Shown here: positions 10,037 through 20,700 of the stretch, in pieces | Position numbering within the stretch: the first letter of the stretch is position 1 | Layout: every line of letters starts with the position of its first letter | Assembly: GCA_963835065.1 (NCBI GenBank) | Contig: CAWIEK010000049.1 | Span: 96,001-160,000 of the forward strand | Reading direction: 5' to 3' | Origin: an uncultured Chthonomonadaceae bacterium | Lineage (GTDB): Bacteria; Armatimonadota; Chthonomonadetes; Chthonomonadales; Chthonomonadaceae | DNA length: 64,000 nucleotides | Notes under the pieces: generated by a model | The model's database searches: none | What the model saw: the letters and a program-made list of their open reading frames with translations, nothing else | What the model was told of the DNA's origin: nothing | Made by a program: the position numbers and the translations under genes

Positions 10037-10162
10037 TGGCCGGGGATTGAAAATCCCCGGCACAAAAGGTCAAGCGTCCTGCAAACGCGGGAATTTGTGA
10101 ATCAAGCATCGCGTCTGAAAGACGCTTGATTTGTCCTGCCGGGGATTTTCAATCCCCGGCCA
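10037..10162. repeat. REP/REPIN-like element with 26-bp inverted arms, each itself palindromic
   Basis: TGGCCGGGGATTGAAAATCCCCGGCA (10037-10062) and its reverse complement (10137-10162); a single related copy at 37814-37836. Confidence 0.85.
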
Positions 10163-10176
10163 CAGACAGCAGACGT

Positions 10177-11236
10177 TCATTCGTCCGTCTCGCGGGCCGG
10201 TACAGGAGACGCAAGCCGCCGTGCTTCCTCCTGATAGCGGTTAAAGCCCAACTGCTGAAAGAGGGGAATAAGCCTGTCCAAGTTTACGGGTGAAACCTTT
10301 GCTGATTCCAGCGAGAACGGCAGGTCAGCGTCACGTTTCAGCGTCACCATTGCTTTCGAGAGCGGCAGGTAATCCCGCGCTTTTTCCAGATTTTCGCGCT
10401 TCTTGCCCTTGATCTGCTCCAGGTTTTCCAACACGCTTTCCATGCTGCCGAACTGCTGCACAAGCTGCGCGGCGGTTTTCAGGCCGATACCTTCCACGCC
10501 CGGCACGTTGTCTACGGTATCGCCCGTAAGCGCCATCACATCCACGACCTGCGCGGGCGTAATTCCCTTGTTGGCCTGTAATCCTGCCGCATCCAGCATC
10601 ACATCCGTATGCACATCGAAAAGCGTCACGCGGTCACAAATCAACTGCTCCAAATCTTTATCTTTGGATACCATGCGGATAGCAACATCGGGGTGCTGCG
10701 GATCGTCCAGCACCTGCTGCGCAAGCGTGGCGATGATGTCATCCGCTTCCAATCCCGACACCCCGATAATGGGGATGCCGAACGCCTGTATTACCTGAAA
10801 GATGCGGTCTATCTGAATCGTCAGGTCGTCGGGCGTGGCGCGGCGCGTTCCCTTGTACTCCACATAGCGTCCGGTTGCAATCGGCTCCGGCGGCATTTGC
10901 CCCAACGTTTCTTCCAGCCCGCCTCCCAATGGGTCTACCGGCTCCTGCTCCGTTTCTTCTCGGCGGACGGGCGGCAGGGAAAACCCCGCATTGCCCGGAT
11001 GCAGCATCAGGTACTGCAAATACAGTTCGTCCCGAAATGTCCTGCCCCGGCGCGTCAATGGCAACGGCAACATAATCCGGCTGAAACTTGGACAGCAGTT
11101 TCAGCAGCATACCCGTAAATCCGAACGTGGCATTGGTAGGTTCCCCGGTATCAGGGCTGAACATAGCCGTGCGAATCGCATAATAGGCGCGAAACACCTG
11201 CGCATAGCCATCAATAATGTAAAACGTTTTCGGCAT
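10177..11236 (-). CDS. Stand-alone 5'-3' exonuclease / flap endonuclease (PolI N-terminal-like); +1 frameshift near 11045-11048
   Basis: IIDGYAQVFRAYYA, TNATFGF, AIDAPG/RTFR, EYKGTR, EADDIIAT, SKDKDL, LTGDTVDNVPGVEGIGLKTA. Confidence 0.85.
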
Positions 11237-11529
11237 AGTTAAGGTTGTGTCCAATCAACGATGGGCAAGCCGGCAATACGGCAAAATGTGGGTACCGTAG
11301 TTTTGGTATCAACCATGTAATTCACGTTAGCAAACCCTCGCGCGCCTCGAACTACAGTGTTCATCGCTTCAGCGTCTTCCAGACTTGCGGACATCCTTGA
11401 TCGCCTGACGGCAGATTTGTACGCGCTTTCACCAAGTCCTGCCGCTACAGCAACAGACTTTGCGCTGTTTCTCAATGGCTAATCCTTGCCGGTTCGTACT
11501 GTGGTATAATTTCGCAGGCGCTTATCTCA

Positions 11530-11952
11530 ATGCCTGCCAATGATATTTACCATGACGCCTGTGTTCGTGCTCTGCAAAAGGACGGCTGGACGATCACGCA
11601 CAACCCGCTGACCATCACTGTCGGCAGACGAGACCTGCTTATAGACTTGGGCGCAGAGCGGATGCTGGCGGCAGAGCGCGAGAGCAGGCGTATCGCCGTA
11701 GAAATCAAGAGTTTCGTTAAACTATCGCCCGTTCAGGACTTGAAGGAAGCGCTTGGACAGTTTGTCCTCTATGAGGACGCTCTCGCTCGTTCCGAAAATC
11801 AGTCCGACCGCGTTCTGTATATGGCAATTCGTGAGGAAATCTATGATGATCTCTTTATGGAGCCGATTGGACAGATGCTGTTGGATAACAGGCGATTGCG
11901 TCTGATTGTTTTCGATGAAAATGAGGAGGTTCTTGTACGATGGATACCCTAG
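11530..11952 (+). CDS. xisH: XisH family protein
   Basis: MPANDIYHD..AL.KDGWTITH.PL, IDLGAE, IAVEIKSF, ALGQF; extended -10 TGTGGTATAAT at 11500-11510. Confidence 0.85.
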   Translation: MPANDIYHDACVRALQKDGWTITHNPLTITVGRRDLLIDLGAERMLAAERESRRIAVEIKSFVKLSPVQDLKEALGQFVLYEDALARSENQSDRVLYMAIREEIYDDLFMEPIGQMLLDNRRLRLIVFDENEEVLVRWIP

Positions 11953-12116
11953 CGCATTATCGTCAAATCATCCGCGAACGGCTGCTTCCGCTTGTAGAAC
12001 GGCGCTATGCCAACGCTGACATTACCAACGAGGCGGTATTCGATGAAGTCAATGACCGTTATCTGATTATGTCCGTTGGCTGTCAGGGGCGCTGCAAACG
12101 AGTACACGGCTGCTTG
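11940..12116 (+). pseudogene. xisI: XisI family protein, 3'-truncated
   Basis: MDTLAHYRQII..FDEVNDRYLIMSVG..RVHGCL, then the expected IHIDI..KIWIQ.DGTE half is not seen. Confidence 0.7.
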
Positions 12117-12334
12117 GCGCAACTCCAAGCGGGATATCATCATAACGGCTGTACGAATCCAGTCGTTCGCCACTTTCCAGCGCCTGACGGCACCTTATCA
12201 ACGGCGTCCGTACGAATCGCTGGAAGCAGCGCATCATCCCGCTCTGAGTAGCTCATCCGACATTCCTCCCTGCCTCTAATGCCGCTCTTCCTGATTGGTC
12301 AGGACAAGGCCGTAGGCTCAATTCCAGTGTTTCT

Positions 12335-13162
12335 TTACGCGCCCACTGCGGAATACTGCTTGATGCCGCTTGCCCACAGCAGGCGAAAGACAACAATGCC
12401 GATCACAAGCCAGACCACTTGCAGCGCGAAGCCGGGCAGAATTTGCGCAGACGGAACCCTGCCGAGCGCGAGTTCGACGGGAAACGCGCCCATGCCCCGA
12501 AACGGCGAGTAGATTGCCAGTACGCCTAACCATCCGGGCATCAAACTCAGGGGCGCAATGCGCCCCGACAGAAAACTGTCCAGCGTGAAATACAGTTGGT
12601 TGAGCGCTTCCACGCGGGTTGTCCAGAACGCGACGACGGCAAGGCTGTACTGCCACACATAGCGCATGATGCCGGCCAGCAGCAGGGCAGGTATGGACAG
12701 CAGCAGTCCCCACCCATTGTGCGGCAATGTGGGCTTGAACAAAAAGAACAGCAATGCCCACACCGGCAGCAGCATCACGCTGGTACACAACTTGAACGCG
12801 ATGTTGAACGCCACATCCGTATGAATGGGGTGCATCGGCTTGAGCAGGCGCGGCGACAGGTTGCCGTCCTTCACGCGGTACGCGAACTCAAAGGCGTCCC
12901 ACGACATTGTAAGATGCCCGAAAATCATAAATACGAGGAAATACGCGGCAAAGTCCGCCCGTCCATACGCCACGCCATTCGCGGCGTTCTGCACGGCCCC
13001 GCCCCGCGAAGCCGAAGCCGCTGACCAGACGGCCAGCGAAATCAACGGCCCCACAAAGCCCCATACCGCCCATATCAAAATGGCAAAGCGGTATTGCAGC
13101 ATGTTGGCAATCGCCATTTTCAGATTAGCGCGGTACACACTCAGCCAGTAACTCACCCGCAT
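12335..13162 (-). CDS. ABC-2 type permease (DUF990 family)
   Basis: LQYRF, VKDGNLSPRLLKP, FLSGRIAPL, C-terminal GIKQYSAVGA. Confidence 0.85.
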   Translation of the reverse strand: MRVSYWLSVYRANLKMAIANMLQYRFAILIWAVWGFVGPLISLAVWSAASASRGGAVQNAANGVAYGRADFAAYFLVFMIFGHLTMSWDAFEFAYRVKDGNLSPRLLKPMHPIHTDVAFNIAFKLCTSVMLLPVWALLFFLFKPTLPHNGWGLLLSIPALLLAGIMRYVWQYSLAVVAFWTTRVEALNQLYFTLDSFLSGRIAPLSLMPGWLGVLAIYSPFRGMGAFPVELALGRVPSAQILPGFALQVVWLVIGIVVFRLLWASGIKQYSAVGA

Positions 13163-13201
13163 CGCTCCTGTAGATAAAAGAAACAACAGACGTGAACGTC
13201 G

Positions 13202-13584
13202 TTACGCTTTTTTGGCGGCGCGTTTTTTGGGCGCGGGTAGGGTCAGGACGTAACGGACGCTTTTCTCCACCCAGGGCGTAAGTAATGCCGTGTCTTGCAG
13301 AAAACCGGCAGGAACTACCGCATACGACTTGCTGATGGGCGCATCCGGCTCGTATTGCAGCGGTTCTGCGCCTTCAATTTGCAGCAAGGCTTCCAATTCC
13401 GCTTGGGAAGTTTCAGCGCCAGCCCGCGATCCGACAGCGAGGCGAACATGCGTCCCTGCGCTTTGCCGCCGATGCCGCCGAACATGGCCTGAAACGTCAA
13501 TTCGGTGTCGGGGGCAAGGTTTTCCGCCGCCAGTTCCACGCGCTCCTGCAACATCGCCAGCCGCGCCCTCATTTCTTCTGTCAT
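13202..13584 (-). CDS. TfoX/Sxy N-terminal domain protein; 1-base frameshift near 13405
   Basis: QAMFGGIG..GRMFA..LALKL joined to EGAEPLQY..SYAVVP..WVEKS. Confidence 0.75.
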
Positions 13585-13613
13585 TGTTTGTATCCTTCTG
13601 GTATTTGTGTCGT

Positions 13614-14606
13614 TTATACTTTCGCTTCCTGAAAAACCTGATCTATGATTGCTTCGATGGATGGGTTTTCTACCGTCAAATCCAGCACGGGCAGTTCCGC
13701 GAGCAGGCGGGCGACAACAGGGGAGGTGTCGGCGCGAGGCAGGCGCAGCGTTACTTTTACACCCTCCTGCTCGGTCACTTCCCCATACTGCCCGGCGCGT
13801 TTGGCGCTGGCTTCATCCCCGACTTCCAGGCGCACGAGTTTGAACGGCGCAATTTTGTCGGTCAGGTCGGCTAATGCCCCGTCGTAAAGTAACGTGCCCT
13901 TGTGAATAACAATCACGCGCTTGCACAGGGCGGTAACATCGGCCATGTAGTGCGACGTGAGCAGAATCGTGGCTCCATGCTTCTCGTTGTGCGATTGGAT
14001 GAACTGCCGGATACGCCCCTGCATGGTCACGTCTACTCCAATCGTCGGCTCGTCCAGAAACAGGACTTGCGGACGGTGCAGCAGGGCGGCGCACAACTCG
14101 CACTTCATGCGCTCGCCCAACGACAATCCGCGCACCGGCTTTTTAATCAGGTCTTTCAGATCGAGCAGCGTCACGAGTTCGTCCAGTGTTTCCTCAAACT
14201 GCTTTGCCGGTATCTGGTAGATCGCCTGATTGACCAGAAACGAGTCCATTGCGGGAATATCCCACACCAGTTGGTTGCGGTTGCCCATGACCAGACTGAT
14301 GTTGCGAAGCAGGTCGGGCGAACGCTTCCACGGCACATGCCCCAAAACCCGCGCTTCGCCGCCGGTTGGATGCAGCAATCCCGCCAGCATTTTCAGCGTC
14401 GTGGTTTTGCCCGCGCCGTTCGGTCCCAAAAACCCGACGACTTCACCGGGACATACGGTAAACGACACGCCCTCCACCGCCTTGACTTCCTTGTATTTGC
14501 GCCGAAACAGGCTTTGCACGGACGCTTTTGTCCCGGCTTCGCGCTCATGGACGCGATACGTTTTTTGCAGGTTTTCCAGTTGGATTTGTGGATTGTTCAT
14601 CGGCAT
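13614..14606 (-). CDS. ABC transporter ATP-binding protein
   Basis: Walker A GPNGAGKTT, LSLGERMK, Walker B FLDEPT, TSH. Confidence 0.92.
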   Translation of the reverse strand: MPMNNPQIQLENLQKTYRVHEREAGTKASVQSLFRRKYKEVKAVEGVSFTVCPGEVVGFLGPNGAGKTTTLKMLAGLLHPTGGEARVLGHVPWKRSPDLLRNISLVMGNRNQLVWDIPAMDSFLVNQAIYQIPAKQFEETLDELVTLLDLKDLIKKPVRGLSLGERMKCELCAALLHRPQVLFLDEPTIGVDVTMQGRIRQFIQSHNEKHGATILLTSHYMADVTALCKRVIVIHKGTLLYDGALADLTDKIAPFKLVRLEVGDEASAKRAGQYGEVTEQEGVKVTLRLPRADTSPVVARLLAELPVLDLTVENPSIEAIIDQVFQEAKV

Positions 14607-15009
14607 AGGAGGAAACACTATTCTCCGGGAGCATTGTTCTCATGGTTCAAATGTGGAAAACGCCCGGAACACGCGCATAGCGAATATATCTGCCTGCTTA
14701 TTCGACAGGCCTTTACCGCTTTCCTGCCGAAAAGCAAAAAATATACGTCACTTTTTGATGACTAAATTTATCTGCTTGAATAGGAAGGATAGCCGCGAAT
14801 GAACGCGAATAAACGCGAATGGAGTTCTTGTTTCCAGACGATTGGAGCCACCTCGCGTATAGTATTCCTACATACATGAACCTGATCATGTGAAATAGGA
14901 TACAGCCGAATTAGAAATTGGAGGTTATAATTTTGGATAAGCGGCAGGGGAGGATGCTCTAATCTGTCTGCAATGTCGTTGGTTCGGGGCGATTTGCACA
15001 GGAGTTGTG

Positions 15010-15774
15010 ATGAACTATTTTGGCAATTGTGCCGCGCTGCTTGCGGCTTCCATTTGCGGCACATTGGCTTTGCTGTTTGTGGCGCGGCGGCTTCCCGTTG
15101 CCAACAAAGTGCGCGGCAACAATGACATCGTGGGCGTCTACTTCACCATCATTGGAACGGTTTACGCCATCATTTTGGCCTTCATGCTTGCCAGCGTGTG
15201 GACGCGCTTCGATCAGGCGCGTTCCCAGGCCGAGCAGGAAGCCGCCACCCTCGTCAACATCTACCGCTTATCCGACGGCCTGCCGGAAGCCAATCGCATT
15301 CCCTTACAGAAAGCCGTTCGAGATTATGCGGAAAATGTCATCCACCAGGAATGGCCGAGGATGCGCAGCGCTCAGTCCAGCCCGGAAATAAACGACCTGC
15401 ATCATCAACTCTGGCGTCTCACGCAGGCTATTGACCCGAAGACAAACCGCGATACCAACATTCATGCGCAGATGCTCCAGCAGTTGACCACGCTCGCCAC
15501 CCTGCGCCGCCTGCGCCTGCTTGCAAGCGACGGCGGCCTGCCGGACATTCTCTGGTTTGTGCTGATTGCGGGAGCCGCGCTGCTCGTCGGCATGACTGCC
15601 CTGTTCGGCGAAGAAACCTACGCCCACCACAGTTTCAAAGCCGTTCTGCTCACCACCACGCTCGTCCTCATCCTCTACGCCACGTGGGAAATAGATGGCC
15701 CCTTTTCCGGCAACATCACCGTCTCGCCCAAAGCCTTTGAGGAAGCGGTAAAGGTGTGCGATGAAATGAAGTAG
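15010..15774 (+). CDS. DUF4239 (bestrophin-like) membrane protein
   Basis: GTVYAIILAF..VW..F..A..EA..L, LRRLR, IDGPFSGNITVS. Confidence 0.75.
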   Translation: MNYFGNCAALLAASICGTLALLFVARRLPVANKVRGNNDIVGVYFTIIGTVYAIILAFMLASVWTRFDQARSQAEQEAATLVNIYRLSDGLPEANRIPLQKAVRDYAENVIHQEWPRMRSAQSSPEINDLHHQLWRLTQAIDPKTNRDTNIHAQMLQQLTTLATLRRLRLLASDGGLPDILWFVLIAGAALLVGMTALFGEETYAHHSFKAVLLTTTLVLILYATWEIDGPFSGNITVSPKAFEEAVKVCDEMK

Positions 15775-15787
15775 TAGGTGTCGGTGT

Positions 15788-16326
15788 TTAGGCATTCAGG
15801 TTAACCACCAAGACACAAAGTAAATATCCAGACCAGATGCGAAAAAGCCGGAAGGTTGTGTCAGGCGAGGCTACTTGCGGAAAGGAAGGAACCTGCGCAC
15901 CTTCGACCTGTGCAGGCGTGGAAGGATAAAACACGCGCTGACCGGCTGATTGGCGTATCAAGCGACGCACACGGTAAACTACTTCTTCCATATCCGCCGA
16001 CGAGCGAACCAAATCAATCGCCGCAATCTTCGTCAGACGCTGTAGAAACTGCGCCTCCTTAAAATCTACAACAACCAGCATCGGCAGCGAAGGCCGTTGC
16101 CGATTCAGTGCCTGAACCAGTTCAAGCGTGTCGGCATCGAAGCGCGTACAATCCCATAATACCACGTCTGGTTCGATGCGCTGTAGGGTTGTTGCCTGCG
16201 TATGCCGTACCCACGCTGTAGGCCGATAGTCAACATGAGCCTCCTGACAAAACTCCTCCAGCCCCTGCGCCCATCCTACATTATCGTCTACAACCATGAT
16301 TTAAGTGTTTTCGCTGCCTTCGCCAT
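15788..16326 (-). CDS. Receiver-domain (response regulator-like) protein; probable 1-base frameshift near 16300; C-terminus may be truncated
   Basis: MAKAAKTLK/IMVVDD..PDVVLWD..PMLVV; the last codons come from repeat sequence. Confidence 0.55.
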
Positions 16327-16471
16327 CCTCTTTCACTGACTTGGTTTTTTCTTATTCTACGGTGTTCTACCATAAATCGAGCAGCAAAATTCCTCTCCTG
16401 ACAGGAGCGAATTGCCGGGAGAGGAATCTGGAATGAGGCGCATTGATGATCGCAAACTTACGAACAACAAA

Positions 16472-17317
16472 CTACGGCCAAGGGAATGTGTCGCAGATGT
16501 TGCGGTCGGGGATGGGGTGATTGGGGTCGGTGTTGTCGGCGATGCCCGTGTTGGCGCAATCTGCATTGCCGTTGTCGCACATATCTGGGAAGAAGGGATA
16601 AGCGTTGATGAGTTTGCAGCCGGTCAGGTTCTTGCTTGTGCCGATGCTCTGGCCTTTCAGCCATTTGGCGTGGCCGTCGAAAAAGGTGGAATTCGAGCCT
16701 TCCAGATGCCGGTCGCCTGCAATACTCATCCGGTGGTACGTGGGGTAGTAATCGAAGTCGCCGTTGAATGGCTCAATCCAGCTATCCGTAATCGCTGTCG
16801 GAGTCGCGCCCGCCGTGACATCCCACTTGTCCGTCAGAATGATGGTTTCCGCAGGAAACTCTATTTGTGGCAGCGACAGGCCTTCCGCCGCGCGAATGGC
16901 AATGTACGAGCGTTTGATGGTTTTGGCGTTGTTCAGGTCGAGACTGAGCGCGGGCGAGGGGTCGCTCGGACACACCAATACCTGCAAGTTCTTCAAATAC
17001 GGCTGCAAGGCGTTCCACCACAAAGCGCGGTCATAATCGGCAGTGTCGCCCGCAGGGAACGCGGCTCCCGTGCGCGACAGCGTAGGCTTGCCCGGACTAT
17101 TGGCGCGAAAGAACAACTGCTCGTCATTGTCCTGCACGTACATCTGCGTGGCCGTGCCCATCTGCTTCTCGTTGGAAAGGCAGGTAATGGAACGCGCTTT
17201 TTCCCGCGCCTGCGCAAACACGGGAAACAGAATAGCCGCGAGAATCGCGACAATGGCGATCACGACGAGCAGTTCAATGAGCGTAAAAGCGCAAACATGA
17301 TTCCGATAAGAGCGCAT
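16472..17317 (-). CDS. DUF1559 prepilin-type N-terminal cleavage/methylation protein with H-X9-DG motif
   Basis: [53 protein letters not shown]. Confidence 0.9.
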   Translation of the reverse strand: MRSYRNHVCAFTLIELLVVIAIVAILAAILFPVFAQAREKARSITCLSNEKQMGTATQMYVQDNDEQLFFRANSPGKPTLSRTGAAFPAGDTADYDRALWWNALQPYLKNLQVLVCPSDPSPALSLDLNNAKTIKRSYIAIRAAEGLSLPQIEFPAETIILTDKWDVTAGATPTAITDSWIEPFNGDFDYYPTYHRMSIAGDRHLEGSNSTFFDGHAKWLKGQSIGTSKNLTGCKLINAYPFFPDMCDNGNADCANTGIADNTDPNHPIPDRNICDTFPWP

Positions 17318-17557
17318 GTCCTTTTTCCTCCACATAACTGAGAACATATTCCAACAGGTCCCAACAGGCGCGGCATTTGCGTTCGCAGGACGCTTGTACT
17401 TTCCTGCCGGGTACTTTCAGTACCCGGCCTAACCCGATAGGCTCACGAGAAACAAAAAGAGCCGAACAAGCCGAAAAAACCGAAACCTTTGCCCCACACA
17501 GCCGTCTAAACAGTAGAATAACGTCTACACAGTGACGAAGGCTGAAAGTTCGAGTTC

Positions 17558-17581
17558 CTATCAACTATCAACTATCAACTA
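17558..17581. repeat. Heptamer tandem array (CTATCAA)x3
   Basis: Read directly; same unit as at 55778-55857. Confidence 0.85.
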
Positions 17582-17797
17582 CTTACTCAGGAAGGGAGGT
17601 GCCAGTCCTATGTTCCCCTTCTCCCGTCCGCCCTGACGCTGCTGAGGTCACGACGCCTCACTCCTACAACCAGACACAACGAGACATCGGGCTGGAAGCG
17701 CTGCATTGCCAAGATTTCGACGCTGCCTCTACATATCATTTTTTCATCCTTCATCCTTTGCTTCCCGCCTGTTCGGGAAGGGATAGAGTTACAGTTC

Positions 17798-20700
17798 CTA
17801 ATCATCATCGTCGCGGGGCGCGGGGCCTTTGACGACATTGCAGGCGAGGGTGTACAGATGCGCCTGTGTCGCCTTGTACTGCGGGGCGTTGAGGTGGTGC
17901 TTGACGGCGGCGGCTTTGTGCAGGTCGTCGGCCTTCATGCTCAGGCGGGTGATGACGCCCAGGCGGTGGCTGTCACGATCCGGGCCGCTCAGGTCGAGGT
18001 TCTTCACCAGCGCCCAGATACGATGCCCTTCTGTCGTGGGCGTGTATTTCGCGATCCGCGTGAACTGGCTGCTATCGAGCGTGATGCCGTTGTAGGTCGG
18101 CTGGAACATATCGCGCATATCCGTTGCGAACAGGTCGCCCAGGTTGTTGGGCGGCAGGCCGAGCAGCAGTTCCTCCGTTTTCACGATAGAAGCCGTGCTG
18201 TAGTGCTGTTTCGCCAGGTAGCCCGGCTTGGCGTAGGGGCTGACAATGACAACCGGAGTCCGATGCTGATGGATGTGATCCAGCGTGGATTGCGCGTCGT
18301 CTACCGAAAAGATGATCGCGCTGCCCGTGCCATCGCCGCCTGTATCGGGATTGCTGTAGTACACGGAACTGTGCATAATGTGCTGAATAATCATGCCAAC
18401 CGCCACGTCGCCATCCGCCACTTGCTGCGGGGCCGTCGGTGACGCGATATTCGCAGCGCGCGTTCCCCCCGTATGCATATTGGGCACATAAATGTACAGG
18501 AATTGCGGCAATGTACCCGCCGCATTCATGCGGTCAAAATCCGCAATAAACTCGTTGGCGCGGCGCTGATCGGAAATGTTGAAGTTGTAGCCAGGGTAGC
18601 TTTGATCCAGGCGCGGCTCGCCGCTCCGATTGGTGGTTCCCACAACCGCCAGGCCGGGGTACGCCATGAAGAAGGACTGACCGACGCCATAAGGCCGCGC
18701 CTGCCCATTCGGACGATTGAACAGGGTATCCACGTCCCCCGCGTTCACAAGCGGATTAAAAATGGTCGGCGGGTTGTTGGTGGAAAGCGTGGGATAGCCC
18801 ATTTTACCGCTGGCCGGGTCGTTAAGCGTGGAGGGCGTACTGTCGCCCGTATCCGTGCCGATGATGCGGGCGGCTTCCAGGCCATACAGCTTGAAGTCAA
18901 CGCCGTTGCGGGCGGCATTATTATAAATGTAGCCGCTTTCGGGATAATCTTCCACATCAAAGTTTTTGTTGACCAACATGCCGCGCCCGCTTTTCACGAG
19001 CAGCGTTTTCTCCATGTAATCGGAGGCCGTTCCCGACGCGCAGAACTGATGGCCGGCATCCGACTCTTCTGAATCGGAGTAGTAGTTGACGCCGGTGGCG
19101 AAGGTTCGCGCCAGAATCTGGATGTTGGGCACAACGCCTGTAAACTGCGCGTTGGCGTGGATACCGCCATCGGGATTGTTGAACGTATTGCTTGCAAACG
19201 CGCCGAAGTGGGACTGGTTGCCTAAAAAAGAGTCGAACGTTTTGTTTTCGCCCAAAACAAAGAACACGTGCTTGATTTTGGCGGATGCACCCCCGCCTGC
19301 CGGCACGACGCTGGTATCCACGCTGTTGTGAAAGGCGAAGTTGTTGCCCAATACCGTCGTATTGTCAAGCGCAAGCGTGGTCAGGTCAATCTTCTGCGCC
19401 GTGCCGAAAATGTAGTTGCTGTCCGTAAACAACTCTACGCCCGTCGGGTTGTGCGTTCCGCTGACCGTCTTGGGATTGATGTCTTCGCCGATGCCTTTGG
19501 CGTTGATGACAAACAGGGTTTTGCCGTCCGCGCTGACGTTCACGCCCGTCGGATACCAGTCTGTTGGGATGCGTCCCAGCAGTTTCGGCTTTGTGGGGTT
19601 GCTCGTATCCAGTACGGCCACGCTGTTGATACCGGCTTCCGCGACATACGCGCGGGTGTTGTCCGGCGAAACCGCAATGGCGTTCGGGTACGCGCCATGC
19701 GCCTTATGCCGATCCCTCAGCGTGACGTTGACGGGAGCCAGGTTGAAGTCGCGCAGTCTGCGGCTGTTATTGACCACGATCAAGCCGATGCTGTCGTTGT
19801 TGGCCTTGCAGACATACAGGACTTCCTGCGTTCCCTTGCGCACAATGGCGGTTGCGCACGGGTGCGTATCGCCTACCAGATACAAAGGGTCAATGCCGAT
19901 GCGGTAGGCGGGATCGAAGCCGCCGGGCTGTCCCTGATAAACCGCGCCCAACAGAGTGGCATTCGCCGGATTGCCGCCGGGAATGGAAACGATGGAAATG
20001 GACGAGGTTTTCGGATTGGAGCCGGTCGCGCTGATGGGCGGCACGTAAAACCCGTCCGGCAGGTTCGGGATGCCAAGCGTATTAATAGGGTTGAGCGCAG
20101 TCAGGTCGCCATTACTGTCATAAGTCACATTGCCGAACTTGTACTCCGTTACGCCCCAGTTGGAAACCAGCACCTTGCTGCCGTCGCGGCTGACCGACAC
20201 GCCATACGGAAAATAGCCGACGGGAACCTGCTTGACAACCGTGTTCAGCGAGGTATCAATCACGGCCAGGCTGTTGTCGCCGTTGCAGGCGACATACAGA
20301 TAGCGCCCATCCGGGCTGAGGGCGGAACCGGCGGGAAAGGTGATCTTCGCGCCGCCCGTACTGTATCCGGCGGGACGGTAAATGACGGACGAGCCTACAG
20401 GAAAACTGGCCTGCGAACCGGGCGCAACCGTGTAGTTGGACACGTAATTCTGGTTTTTGGGCAGGATAGGTAAAATCGTGATGGCAGCGCCCCCGCTGAT
20501 AATACCGGCAGGGGAAATACTGAACGTCTTCACGCTTTGGCTTGGCCCGGCGGAAGCGTACAGCGCGTAGGGGCCATTGCCTTTCACCTGCAAGCCAATG
20601 TAAACCGGGCCGGCAGTGGCGATTTGCGACACAACAGTCATATCCGAAGTCCGCAGTACGGACAAGGAGTAGCCGCCGATATTGATGGCGCTTTGCAGCG

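Noticed and set aside
11239..11475. 78-aa ORF between the exonuclease and xisH
   Set aside because: TTG start without a clear RBS and no recognisable motif; possibly a gene fragment but unsupported.
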